Shown piece by piece: positions 29,823 through 42,671 of a DNA stretch of 64,000 nt; the stretch's first letter is position 1, and each line of letters begins with the position of its first letter. Origin of the DNA: Ignavibacteriota bacterium (lineage in GTDB: Bacteria; Bacteroidota; Ignavibacteria; UBA10030; BY39); assembly GCA_003327435.1 (NCBI GenBank), contig QOQV01000004.1:130467-194466 (forward strand), read 5' to 3'. The notes beneath the pieces are model-generated. The model was not told the DNA's origin. It did not search any database and was given only the letters and a program-made list of their open reading frames with translations. The translations under genes and the position numbers were made by a program.

Positions 29823-30911
29823 TCATTTTCCACTTTTAATTGCCAGTTGACCACAGGCAGCAGTTATATCTTCACCGGCACTGCTGCGAATAAAAACAGT
29901 AAGATTATTTTTTCTCAACTTTTGTGCAAATTTCTCCATTTCCTGCATTGTTGCAGGTTTAAGCTCAGGTTCAATTCCTGCAGGTTTTACAAATGTTATT
30001 GAATGAAAAGGAATCAAATTAATTTTACATGGAATTGACCGTGCAAGTTTGGTTAACATTTTTACATCATCGTCTTTATCGTTCAAATTTTTAAAGACAA
30101 TATATTCAAAAGTTACCCTCAATTTGGTTTTTTTATAATAATACTCAACCGCTTCAAGTAATTTACTGAGATTGTATCTTTTATTTATAGGTATTAATTT
30201 ATCTCTGATTTCATCTTTCATTGTATGAAGTGAGATTGCAAGTTTTATTTTTAGATTTTCCTCGGCAAGTTTAAAAATACCATCTATCCATCCTGCGGTT
30301 GAAAGCGTAATTCTTCTTGCTGCAATATTCATTCCGTCGATGAAAATTTTAATAGCTTTAATCACATTATCGTAATTCAGAAAAGGTTCTCCCATTCCCA
30401 TGAATACAATATTTGTAATTTTCCTTTCAGCAAACTTTTCAATTTGCATAGCCTGATCAATAATTTCCCCTGTACTCAGATTTCTTTTAAAACCCATTGT
30501 TCCAGTCGCACAAAAAACACAGTCAAGTGGACAACCTACCTGTGTGGATACACAAACTGTAAGTCGTTTTTGTTCTTCCAATTTCATACTCTCATTATCA
30601 TAAAAAGCTGTTTTTGGCGGAATTAACACACTCTCAATTTGATTTCCATCCTCGAGTTCAAATAAAAATTTTCTTGTGCCATCGAATTTAGATTGATAAC
30701 TGTTAATTATTTTTAAATCTGAAATGTGAGCATGTATTTTTAATTTCTCTCTGAATTCTTTTGATAATGTGGTCATAGAATCAATAGAATTAGCGCGCTT
30801 ATTATAAAGCCAGTCAAATAACTGATTACCTCTATAAGGTTTTTCCTCTAAAGAAACAGAAAAACTTTTTAATTCCTCCAGTGTCAAACCTTTAAGATTA
30901 ATTTTTTTCAT
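29823..30911 (-). CDS. rlmN: 23S rRNA / tRNA m2A methyltransferase, radical SAM
   Basis: CPLDCVFCATG radical-SAM cluster motif; C-terminal catalytic cysteine region. Start moved to ATG 30911, because the ORF-track start at 30956 lies inside the upstream terminator hairpin. Confidence 0.85.
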   Translation of the reverse strand: MKKINLKGLTLEELKSFSVSLEEKPYRGNQLFDWLYNKRANSIDSMTTLSKEFREKLKIHAHISDLKIINSYQSKFDGTRKFLFELEDGNQIESVLIPPKTAFYDNESMKLEEQKRLTVCVSTQVGCPLDCVFCATGTMGFKRNLSTGEIIDQAMQIEKFAERKITNIVFMGMGEPFLNYDNVIKAIKIFIDGMNIAARRITLSTAGWIDGIFKLAEENLKIKLAISLHTMKDEIRDKLIPINKRYNLSKLLEAVEYYYKKTKLRVTFEYIVFKNLNDKDDDVKMLTKLARSIPCKINLIPFHSITFVKPAGIEPELKPATMQEMEKFAQKLRKNNLTVFIRSSAGEDITAACGQLAIKSGK

Positions 30912-30941
30912 TAGGATGTTTGGTATTTTGTTGATAAAAAC

Positions 30942-30972
30942 AAAAGCCGATTCCATTGAAGAATCGGCTTTT
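30942..30972 (-). terminator. rho-independent terminator after the M16 peptidase pair
   Basis: AAAAGCCGATTC-cattgaa-GAATCGGCTTTT hairpin. On the minus strand it is followed by GTTTTTATC. Confidence 0.7.
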
Positions 30973-30985
30973 ATATCACTTAGCT

Positions 30986-32488
30986 CTACTTTTCGAATAA
31001 CTCATCAACTTTTACGAGTTTTGACTTTTCTTTATTAATTTTTAGTGGGAAGTTTTCTATGATTTTATCCTCATCAAGTATATTCTGAGAGACTGGAGAA
31101 GCATATTTTATTGGAGATGGTGCATTATTAAACATCGCATCCATTAGAGTAGCCGCATCATTCGCAACAACTGCAACTTTTATATTTTCAGCTGAGAGAT
31201 ATTTTTTAATTGCATTGTTAACATCTTCAACTTTTAAAGCTTTTAATTCTTTTTCAATACTGTCAATAAAGAATTCAGTGCCATAAAATTCGGAATCCAT
31301 TTGATATCCGAGTCGGCGACTCGTGGTTTGAACCCATAGTTTTGAATAATTAATTAAAAATTTGCGAGTCATTTCAAACTGTTCTGGAGTTAAACCATTT
31401 TCAACTAATTTTTTCAACTCATACATTGCGTTTCTGATAGCAAAGTGGGCATTCTCAGGTTGAACAGGTCTAATCCAGATACTGAAATATTGTTGCCTTC
31501 GAGGATTGTTAGGCAACTGAAATCTTGAGCCACCATCCTGAATAAAATGTTCAATATATGAATAATCACCGTAATTCAATCCTCTATCACCTCTTAACCT
31601 ATTCATTAACACGCCGTTGAAAGTACGATGCTCACCAAAATATGAATTTGCAACCATCAAAGCATAATAATCTTTATCCTTTCGAGTGATTGGTATTGGA
31701 AATCCCATCGATATTGCAGTACCCCGAGCTGGTTTTTCAACGAACAATATTTCCATATCCTTAATCTCTTTTGGCTGCGGTAAATTAACCGGTGCAATTT
31801 TACCTGATGGGAGTTGAGCAAAATCCGACTTTATTTTATCAAGAAGCGATTTTGGGTAACCACCGGCTATACCAACTTTGATATTATCTTTAGTGTAAAC
31901 CTTCTTATGATAATCCTTTACATCCTGTAGAGTTATTGCTTCAAGGCCTTGAACAGTTCCAATTTCAGTAGTTCTATAAGGATGTTCTTCATACATAAAT
32001 GCGTTCAATGCCTGTTTACCAAGGTTTTCATCATCAGTACCGCGTAAAGTGTTTTTAATATGATTTAGAAGCAAATCTTTACTTCTCTGGAAATCAGCTT
32101 CGTCAAATCTGGGATTGATAACAAGTTCAGATAGTATCTTATAAAACTCATCAAGATGGTCTTTGTGAACTTCGCCTATAAATACTGTAACTTCTTTATC
32201 AACCTGAGGATTAATTGAAGCAGCCCAGGGATATAATTTATCCAGAACTTGTTGATAGGTAAGTTCTTTTGTACCACCCTGTCCAATTGTGAGAGCAGTA
32301 AGAGCATTTAAACCTTCTTTACCTTGCGGATCATTTATCGAACCGGCATTTATCTGAATTCTAAATGTTATTAAAGGTGATTCACTTTGATAGAGCTCTG
32401 TAATTTCTGGCGATTTAGCACAGTGAATATTTGACATTATTATACCTGCAATAAATAAAGTTTGAATTAGATTTTTAATATTTTTCAT
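30986..32488 (-). CDS. M16-family peptidase, non-catalytic subunit type
   Basis: M16 fold-length protein (500 aa) with signal peptide that lacks the HxxEH motif. It overlaps the upstream active M16 gene. Confidence 0.65.
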   Translation of the reverse strand: MKNIKNLIQTLFIAGIIMSNIHCAKSPEITELYQSESPLITFRIQINAGSINDPQGKEGLNALTALTIGQGGTKELTYQQVLDKLYPWAASINPQVDKEVTVFIGEVHKDHLDEFYKILSELVINPRFDEADFQRSKDLLLNHIKNTLRGTDDENLGKQALNAFMYEEHPYRTTEIGTVQGLEAITLQDVKDYHKKVYTKDNIKVGIAGGYPKSLLDKIKSDFAQLPSGKIAPVNLPQPKEIKDMEILFVEKPARGTAISMGFPIPITRKDKDYYALMVANSYFGEHRTFNGVLMNRLRGDRGLNYGDYSYIEHFIQDGGSRFQLPNNPRRQQYFSIWIRPVQPENAHFAIRNAMYELKKLVENGLTPEQFEMTRKFLINYSKLWVQTTSRRLGYQMDSEFYGTEFFIDSIEKELKALKVEDVNNAIKKYLSAENIKVAVVANDAATLMDAMFNNAPSPIKYASPVSQNILDEDKIIENFPLKINKEKSKLVKVDELFEK

Positions 32489-33836
32489 TTCCTAAACCCT
32501 CCTGAACTAAGGTAACTACTGTTCTATTTTCGTTTGTAAAATATTTTTTAGCAATTTCCATGATATCCTCTGGAGTGATTTTCTCATAAAGTTCGTACAC
32601 TTTATTTATACTTTCCGGATCTCCAGTCAGTTGATAATAGTGACTTAGCTTACTTGCAACCACATCAGCATTGTTTAAACTCATTGCGAAGCTATATTTG
32701 AGATAGGATTTCACTGTAGCTAATTTTTCTTCTGACACAGGATTATTCTTAATATCTTCCAGTGCGGTGTAGATTTCTTTTTTTACTGTTTCAATATTTT
32801 GTGGATCTTTAATTCTTGTAAATATCGTGAAAAGTCCAGGATCCCGGCTATCACTCTGGCTACCTTCAATAAATTCTACCCATTGTTTTTCAATTACGAG
32901 TTTTGTGTATAAGGGTGAAGTTTGTGAAAAAACAAGTTGAGAAATTATATCCATGGTTAGCATATCTTTCTGCTCAGTGCTGAAAGCTGGTCCACGATAT
33001 CCAATTGCTACTATAGGAAGCGTTTTTGCTTTCCAGGTCAGATTAACAATTTTTTCCTTTTTCTGAGGTGGATCAAGCGGAACATTAAGTGTATAACTTC
33101 CCCGTTTCCAGCTTCCATAATATTTTTTTGCAAGTTCAATTAATTTTTCTTGATTAAAATCGCCAACCACAATAACAGCACAATTTTCTGGTCTATACCA
33201 TCTATCAAAGAATTTCAAACTATATTCATACTGATTTGGCATATCCAAGATATCTTTTAAAAATCCCATAGTAGTATGCTTGTATGTGTGCTTGTCATAG
33301 GCAGCTTCCCTTAATTTTTCATAAATCGTCATAAAGGGACTTGAGAAATTTTTGTTGTACTCGCCAAGAATAGCGCCAGCTTCTGTCTTAAAATCTTCCT
33401 CGGAATATTTTAGATTCATAAATCTATCCGATTCGATATCCATAATTGTTTCAAGCTCGGCTGAACTTGCCACTGTATGATAGGCAGTATAATCGTCAGT
33501 AGTGAACGCATTGTTGTCGGCACCTATCATTTTTAAAATGTCATTATACTTATCTTTATTATACTTTTCAGTACCGCGGAACATCATATGTTCAAAGAAA
33601 TGAGCAAAGCCAGATAAACCGGGTTCTATTTCATTTCTTGAGCCCGCACGGACAACAGTATAATATGCAACAATACCAGGACTTGGAAATGGGACAGAAA
33701 TAATTTTTAATCCATTATCCAGCGTTACCTGATTAATCTTGTAAGGAAAAATTTTGTTTTCACCTTTACCAAAAACTAAAAAAGGTAAAAGGAAAAACAG
33801 TAAAACCAAATTAAAACGAATCATAAAATCCTCCAA
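32475..33836 (-). CDS. M16-family zinc peptidase, catalytic subunit
   Basis: HFFEHMMFRGT contains the inverted zincin HxxEH motif. Signal peptide present. Confidence 0.8.
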   Translation of the reverse strand: MEDFMIRFNLVLLFFLLPFLVFGKGENKIFPYKINQVTLDNGLKIISVPFPSPGIVAYYTVVRAGSRNEIEPGLSGFAHFFEHMMFRGTEKYNKDKYNDILKMIGADNNAFTTDDYTAYHTVASSAELETIMDIESDRFMNLKYSEEDFKTEAGAILGEYNKNFSSPFMTIYEKLREAAYDKHTYKHTTMGFLKDILDMPNQYEYSLKFFDRWYRPENCAVIVVGDFNQEKLIELAKKYYGSWKRGSYTLNVPLDPPQKKEKIVNLTWKAKTLPIVAIGYRGPAFSTEQKDMLTMDIISQLVFSQTSPLYTKLVIEKQWVEFIEGSQSDSRDPGLFTIFTRIKDPQNIETVKKEIYTALEDIKNNPVSEEKLATVKSYLKYSFAMSLNNADVVASKLSHYYQLTGDPESINKVYELYEKITPEDIMEIAKKYFTNENRTVVTLVQEGLGNEKY

Positions 33837-33899
33837 TTTAAGTTTATTTTAAGGAACTAATTGTTTTTAAAGATATGAATTTTTTTGAGAATTTGCTAA

Positions 33900-36691
<2,792 letters not shown>

Positions 36692-36703
36692 AAAAAATTT
36701 TCT

Positions 36704-38926
36704 TTAATGATCTAAGACTTCTCTTACCGATTTAGCTAAATCTTCATACATATAAGGTTTATGCAAATATCCGTCAATCTCTTTCAAGAACTCATCATCA
36801 TTTAGAACTGTATCGCTATAACCGCTACATATTAGAACTTTTATAGCTGGGTTTAATTTTTTCATCTGATAAAAAACATCTTTTCCACTTACGCCGGGCA
36901 TATTTAAATCGAGAATGACCAGATCAAAGTAGTTAGTGCTCTGGAATTTCTCGATTGCCTGAAAACCATCCTGAGCGATTGTAACTTTATAGCCCAACTC
37001 TTTTAATATATCACCTGCAACAATATTAGCCCCGACATCATCGTCGACAATCAAAATATGTTCTCCACCACCAACGATTGCCTGACTTTCCGTGGTTTCT
37101 TCAGATTGTACAATTTTATCCACTCTTGGTAAATAAATACTAAATGCAGTTCCAATATTTAATTCACTCTCTACCGTAATATAGCCTTTATGACTTTTAA
37201 CAACTCCGTAAACTACTGATAATCCCAAACCTGTTCCTTTGGCTTGATCCTTTGTAGTAAAGAAGGGTTCAAATATCTTGTTTAAAAATTCTTTTGGAAT
37301 TCCTCTGCCGTTATCCACTATTTTAATATGTACATATTTATCTGGTGGAATATCTGAATATACAGCAGGAATTGACTCGTTTAGATCAACAGCCCTGGTA
37401 CTTACTGTTATAATTCCACCTTCAGGCATAGCATCCTGAGCATTTAAGAAAAGATTTAAAACTGCTTGCTCAATCTGTCCTTCATCCGCATTAACCAGCA
37501 AAACATTATTTTGTAAATTCTTTTTAATCTGTATTAACTTTGGAACACTCCTTTCAAACAAAGTGATTGTATCTTCAACAACTTTATTTATATTGGTTAA
37601 TTTGAAGTAAACATTGCTCTTTCGACTAAATGTTAGGAGTTGTCTTGTTACGGCGGCACCTCTTCTGGCGGAATCTTCTATTAAAGTGATATATTTATAA
37701 AATTTATCCTGCTCATTTATTTTTCGCTTCATCATAGATGCTGGTCCTAGTATAGAATTGAGTATATTATTAAAGTCATGAGCAACACCCCCAGCAAGGT
37801 TTCCGATGCTATCTATTTTCTGTGCCTGAATAATTTTCTCTTCCAGCATTTTCTGCTTGGTTACATCACGAGCAACAACCCTGATTAAAGTTGGCTTACC
37901 ATCAGAATTATAAACAAGTGATGTATTTATGCTTACAATAATTTTACTACCATCTTTTTTCTGAAATACTTCTTCAACACCTTTTAATTCAAGCTTTTGA
38001 TCAAAAATATATCTGACACGCTCTATTACCTCGTTATGTTTCTCAGAAGGATATAAAATAGTAACAGGTTTACCAACCAGTTCATATCTATCATAACCTA
38101 AATATTCCAATTCAGTTTGATTACAACTTACTATCAAACCGTCTCGATTAATACTATGATACATATCTGGTAAATTTTCATAAAGATCATGATATAATTT
38201 TTCTGATTGTTTTAGTTGCTCAAACAGATATGCATTATTAAGTGCAAGCCCAATCTGATTTCTAAATGTTGAGAGCAATTCAATTTGTTTCTTTTTAAAC
38301 TTATTAGGATTTCTGCTTGCAATCAGTATTACCCCCACAAACTGTTGATTTCTCTCAAGTGGCAAGGAAGCCCAATCCATAATATTAAATTGTTTTAATT
38401 GAGCAGTAACATATTGTTGCTTTTCAAAAAAGGCGGGTGTAAGTTCATGATCCATCTTTAAAACTTCAATCCATCTTTCATCCAGCATAATATTTTCGGA
38501 GAAAATATTTCTCTGTATTTTATACTGGTGCTTTAATTGCATTTTACCGTTTTCTAACATAAATATCCAACCATAATCTGCATTCAGTAACTCACAAACT
38601 TTTTCAAGTGCATTCTGTAACACCATATCCAATTCTACTGAATGACTTACTGCTTGAGAAACTGTATTTAAGCCCAATAATTGTTGATGCTGTTCATTTA
38701 TTTGCTGCCCATACTTAGCAATAAAGTAAACTATTATGAAACCAAACACACCGACAGTTAAGAGTGTAAAAAAATCCAGCCATCTGAGTTTTTCTCCTGT
38801 GAAAACATATATTGCAATTATTGTCATCATGAGAACAATCACAGCAGTTGAAGCAACCATCTGCGACTGTTCCACCAATCCCAGCGAAGAGCCAACCTTT
38901 TTAAATTTCTTTAAATATGATACCAT
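36704..38926 (-). CDS. hybrid sensor histidine kinase / response regulator (TM–GAF–PAS–HisKA–HATPase–REC)
   Basis: H-box GGVAHDFNNIL; G-boxes GTGLGLS; C-terminal receiver domain with DLVILDLNMPGVSG; N-terminal TM helices. Confidence 0.85.
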   Translation of the reverse strand: MVSYLKKFKKVGSSLGLVEQSQMVASTAVIVLMMTIIAIYVFTGEKLRWLDFFTLLTVGVFGFIIVYFIAKYGQQINEQHQQLLGLNTVSQAVSHSVELDMVLQNALEKVCELLNADYGWIFMLENGKMQLKHQYKIQRNIFSENIMLDERWIEVLKMDHELTPAFFEKQQYVTAQLKQFNIMDWASLPLERNQQFVGVILIASRNPNKFKKKQIELLSTFRNQIGLALNNAYLFEQLKQSEKLYHDLYENLPDMYHSINRDGLIVSCNQTELEYLGYDRYELVGKPVTILYPSEKHNEVIERVRYIFDQKLELKGVEEVFQKKDGSKIIVSINTSLVYNSDGKPTLIRVVARDVTKQKMLEEKIIQAQKIDSIGNLAGGVAHDFNNILNSILGPASMMKRKINEQDKFYKYITLIEDSARRGAAVTRQLLTFSRKSNVYFKLTNINKVVEDTITLFERSVPKLIQIKKNLQNNVLLVNADEGQIEQAVLNLFLNAQDAMPEGGIITVSTRAVDLNESIPAVYSDIPPDKYVHIKIVDNGRGIPKEFLNKIFEPFFTTKDQAKGTGLGLSVVYGVVKSHKGYITVESELNIGTAFSIYLPRVDKIVQSEETTESQAIVGGGEHILIVDDDVGANIVAGDILKELGYKVTIAQDGFQAIEKFQSTNYFDLVILDLNMPGVSGKDVFYQMKKLNPAIKVLICSGYSDTVLNDDEFLKEIDGYLHKPYMYEDLAKSVREVLDH

Positions 38927-38967
38927 ATTTGTTTTAAAATTTATGAAGATTTTAACTCAGTTACAAA

Positions 38968-39756
38968 TTAGAAATCAATTCTTATCAGCAAACCAGATGA
39001 GAGATTTTCTGGATCAAAATTGGGAATAATCCTAACAGTTTGAGTTTTACTGGACATAGTGGAGTGGAGATTGGAGAATCCGTTACCAACAAACACACCA
39101 ATCATGGCGCCTGCTAAAACATCGGACAAATAGTGAGAGTTTGAGTTAATCCTCTGCAATCCAACGATAGTAGCAAAAATGTATGCTGGCAAGCCAACGT
39201 TTATTCCATATAAACCGTCCAAACTTGCAGCAAGTGCAAAACTCGAAGATGTATGTCCGCTTGGGAATGAATGATTATCGTTTCGATTTGGTCTTTCACG
39301 AAATGTGGTCATTTTCAATGTTTGCGTTATCAATTGCGTCATCGCAATTGATTCCATAACCCTTTCAATTTTAAAAAAATACTCCTCAAATTTATCTTTA
39401 TGAATTATGCCTTCTAAAGTAATGAATCCAACACCGGCAAAATATCCCCAGCCAAGTGTTTTACCATAACTATCTGCAATATTGGATATATCATCAGATA
39501 AAAAAGGTTTATTCCTAAATTTCTGACTGATATCATTATCAAATCTACTCAAAGTTAACACCAGAATTGAATTGGAAATAAGCGTTAATGGTTTATTCTC
39601 CTTGAGAAATCCATACTCAAAACCCCTATAAAAATGAGATGGATAATTTTTTATCCATTTGTTAAATGTAAATTTACTTGTGTCTGTGTGCTGAGCAAAT
39701 AAATTTTGGGATATAATTAAGGATATGAAGAATATTTTTAAGAAAATTTTTTTCAT
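38968..39756 (-). CDS. PAP2-family phosphatase (secreted or membrane)
   Basis: SFPSGHTSSSF and SDVLAG motifs. Start moved to ATG 39756 (MKKIFLKIFFISLIISQNLFAQ signal peptide), because the ORF-track start at 39795 spans the clpC terminator. Confidence 0.7.
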   Translation of the reverse strand: MKKIFLKIFFISLIISQNLFAQHTDTSKFTFNKWIKNYPSHFYRGFEYGFLKENKPLTLISNSILVLTLSRFDNDISQKFRNKPFLSDDISNIADSYGKTLGWGYFAGVGFITLEGIIHKDKFEEYFFKIERVMESIAMTQLITQTLKMTTFRERPNRNDNHSFPSGHTSSSFALAASLDGLYGINVGLPAYIFATIVGLQRINSNSHYLSDVLAGAMIGVFVGNGFSNLHSTMSSKTQTVRIIPNFDPENLSSGLLIRIDF

Positions 39757-39766
39757 AAATAAAATA

Positions 39767-39790
39767 CCCCTTATTGAAATCAATAAGGGG
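39767..39790 (-). terminator. rho-independent terminator downstream of clpC
   Basis: CCCCTTATT-gaaatc-AATAAGGGG hairpin. On the minus strand it is followed by TATTTTATTTAT. Confidence 0.65.
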
Positions 39791-39811
39791 TGCAATTTAA
39801 AGAATTATTTT

Positions 39812-42304
39812 TTAATTTGTTTCACTTAAAGATTGGTCGATTTTCTTTTTCCTTTTTTCTTTATTACCCTCAACAAATTTTAGTGTATTGGTTTTCGGAT
39901 TTAATTTTATCTGTATTATACTTCCTTCAGAGAATTTATTTTTCAGAATCTCTTCTGCAATACCATCTTCAACATATTTTTGAAGAACGCGTTTCAGAGG
40001 TCTTGCACCATATGCTGGATCAAAACCTTTATCAATTAAGAACTCTCTGGCTTTTCTGGATAACTGAACTTTAATGTTCATTGACTCCATTCTTTTCATT
40101 AAATCAGCAAGTTGTATGTCAATGATTTTATCAATATGTTCTCGTTCAAGATTATGGAATATTATAATATCATCAACACGATTTAAGAATTCTGGGTTGA
40201 AAACACGTTTAAGTGCATCTTCGACGGTTTGTTTCATTGCAGTATATTTATCTTTCGGGGTTTCAGTACCAAACCCAAAGCCGCCGGTAGTTTTAATATC
40301 TCGCGTTCCTATATTGGAAGTCATTATCAAAATGGTATTTTTAAAGTCGACTCTTCTTCCTAAACTATCGGTAAGTATTCCATCATCAAGTACCTGTAAC
40401 AAAATATTGAACACATCCGGATGAGCTTTTTCAATTTCATCAAGCAATACAACGGAGTAGGGTTTTCTTCTAACCTTTTCAGTTAGTTGTCCACCTTCTT
40501 CGTAGCCAACATAACCAGGAGGAGCACCAACAAGCCGTGATACAGAGAATTTTTCCATATATTCGCTCATATCAATTCTAATCAAGGCATCTTCTGAATC
40601 AAAAAGGTAACGGGCAAGCACTTTTGCCATTTCGGTTTTGCCAACACCTGTTGGTCCCAAAAAGATGAAAGAGCCAATTGGTCGTTTCGGATCTTTTAAT
40701 CCAGCTCTGGTTCTGCGTATTGCTTTGCTTAGTTTTTCGATTGCTTCATCCTGCCCAATGACCTGCTTTTTAAGTTCCTCTTCCATTTTCAGGAGTTTCT
40801 GGGATTCAGATTCTGCAATTTTATTCACAGGAATTCCGGTCATCATTGCTACAACTTCAGCAATGTGTTCTTCAGTTACATCAAAAACCATTTCCTGAGA
40901 TTTTTGTTCCCATGCACGCTTAGCAGCTTCAAGATCATTGTTTAATTTCTTTTCAAGATCTCGTAACCTTGCTGCTTCTTCATAATTTTGATTTTTAATT
41001 ACCTGTAATTTGGATTGTTTAATTTTTTCTATTTCAGCTTCAAGGTCCAGAATCTCCTGTGGAACATGAATATTGGATAAATGCACTCTTGCACCTGCTT
41101 CATCAAGCACATCTATTGCTTTATCCGGTAAGTATCTATCTGTAATATATCTGTCACTTAATTTTACAGCACTTTCGATTGCCTTATCAGTATAGCGCAC
41201 ACCATGATGTTGTTCGTATTTATGTTTTATTTGTTGTAATATCTGAATTGTTTCTTCAACTGTTGTAGGATCTATCATAATTTTCTGGAATCTTCTATCC
41301 AGAGCACCATCTTTTTCGATGTACTGTCGATATTCATCAAGTGTTGTGGCTCCTATGCATTGTAGTTCACCTCTTGACAAAGCTGGTTTAAACATATTAG
41401 AAGCATCCAGAGAACCCGATGCGCCTCCAGCTCCTACAATGGTATGTAATTCATCAATAAACAAAATAACATCTTTTGCCTTTTCGAGTTCATTCATCAC
41501 TGCTTTCATTCTTTCTTCAAATTGGCCACGATATTTTGTACCTGCAACAAGGGCGCCCAGATCAAGTGTAACAACTCTTTTATCGTGCAAAACCCTTGAG
41601 ACCTTTTTCTGAACAATTCTTAAAGCAAGTCCTTCAGCTATTGCTGTTTTCCCAACTCCAGGTTCACCAATTAAAACTGGATTGTTCTTTTTCCTTCTAC
41701 TTAGTACCTGGGCAACTCTTTCTATTTCTTTTTCTCTTCCTACAATTGGATCTAATTTATCTTCCATTGCGAGTTTTGTTAGGTCTCTTCCGAAGTTATC
41801 AAGTACAGGAGTCTTGGATTTTTCCGGTTTTTTCTCAACGGAAATTGTAGGTGGTGCTGGTGAAGTTTTGCCATTAATCAGATTATCCAGTTCACTTCTG
41901 ACTGCCTCATAAGTAACATTGAATTGATGCAATATTTGTGCAGCGATGTTATCATCGTCCCGCATCAATGATAGCAGAAGATGTTCAGTTCCAATCACAT
42001 CCGATTTATAAAGTTTTGCTTCAAGGTATGTTATTTTTAAAACTTTTTCAGCTTGTTTGGTAAGTGGGATATTTCCCATCGTCAGAGTAACGCCTGAACT
42101 ACGTACAGTATCTTCGATAGCTTTTTTGAGCTTATCCAGATTTACGCCCAGGTTTTTGAGTATTTTTACTGCGATACCCTGACCTTCGCGTATAATGCCT
42201 AAAAGCAGGTGTTCTGTGCCAATATAGTCGTGACCTAATCGAAGAGCTTCCTCGCGGCTATATTTTATCACATCCTGCACTCTATTTGAGAAGTTTCCTT
42301 CCAT
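39812..42304 (-). CDS. clpC: ATP-dependent Clp protease ATP-binding subunit ClpC
   Basis: Two Clp_N repeats. Two AAA+ modules with GEPGVGKT and GPTGVGKT Walker A motifs. UVR/linker coiled coil. 830 aa. Confidence 0.9.
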   Translation of the reverse strand: MEGNFSNRVQDVIKYSREEALRLGHDYIGTEHLLLGIIREGQGIAVKILKNLGVNLDKLKKAIEDTVRSSGVTLTMGNIPLTKQAEKVLKITYLEAKLYKSDVIGTEHLLLSLMRDDDNIAAQILHQFNVTYEAVRSELDNLINGKTSPAPPTISVEKKPEKSKTPVLDNFGRDLTKLAMEDKLDPIVGREKEIERVAQVLSRRKKNNPVLIGEPGVGKTAIAEGLALRIVQKKVSRVLHDKRVVTLDLGALVAGTKYRGQFEERMKAVMNELEKAKDVILFIDELHTIVGAGGASGSLDASNMFKPALSRGELQCIGATTLDEYRQYIEKDGALDRRFQKIMIDPTTVEETIQILQQIKHKYEQHHGVRYTDKAIESAVKLSDRYITDRYLPDKAIDVLDEAGARVHLSNIHVPQEILDLEAEIEKIKQSKLQVIKNQNYEEAARLRDLEKKLNNDLEAAKRAWEQKSQEMVFDVTEEHIAEVVAMMTGIPVNKIAESESQKLLKMEEELKKQVIGQDEAIEKLSKAIRRTRAGLKDPKRPIGSFIFLGPTGVGKTEMAKVLARYLFDSEDALIRIDMSEYMEKFSVSRLVGAPPGYVGYEEGGQLTEKVRRKPYSVVLLDEIEKAHPDVFNILLQVLDDGILTDSLGRRVDFKNTILIMTSNIGTRDIKTTGGFGFGTETPKDKYTAMKQTVEDALKRVFNPEFLNRVDDIIIFHNLEREHIDKIIDIQLADLMKRMESMNIKVQLSRKAREFLIDKGFDPAYGARPLKRVLQKYVEDGIAEEILKNKFSEGSIIQIKLNPKTNTLKFVEGNKEKRKKKIDQSLSETN

Positions 42305-42575
42305 AATGTTCTTTCCTATTAATAAATTTTTTTTATTCTCATTTAAAACAACATAATAAATAATATTGCTGTTCCTTAAAAATCGCTATTATTACGATAG
42401 TTTCAGCTACTTTTAATATAAAGAAATTGTGTTGATTTATCAAATAAGCATATTGTGATAAAATTTTTTACTTTTTCAATATGAAAAATAAGCCTGGTGA
42501 AAATATATTTAATGGAGAAGTGAAGAATTTTGTGAGGTAATTAAGTTAAATGTTTTGTTGCGTTCACGAAGTTTA

Positions 42576-42671
42576 GGTCAGATGCTTCGATATTGCTCAG
42601 AGTTTAATGTCAGATGCTTCGCTAATGCTCAGGAGTTAATGTCAGATGCTTCGCTGACGCTCAGCATCACC
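42576..42671. repeat. three tandem 32-bp repeats (GTCAGATGCTTCG..TGCTCAG...TTAAT)
   Basis: Units start at 42576, 42608 and 42640. The third unit merges into the first 192-bp unit. Confidence 0.85.

Noticed and set aside
40074-41912. Several 76–116-aa plus-strand ORFs
   Set aside because: All are antisense within clpC, which has two intact AAA+ modules. Ser/Leu-rich junk translations.
42305-42575. CtsR or CIRCE heat-shock operator upstream of clpC
   Set aside because: Neither a GGTCAAA-N3-GGTCAAA repeat nor TTAGCACTC-N9-GAGTGCTAA is present. The superficially similar TGCTCAG motifs belong to the repeat units.
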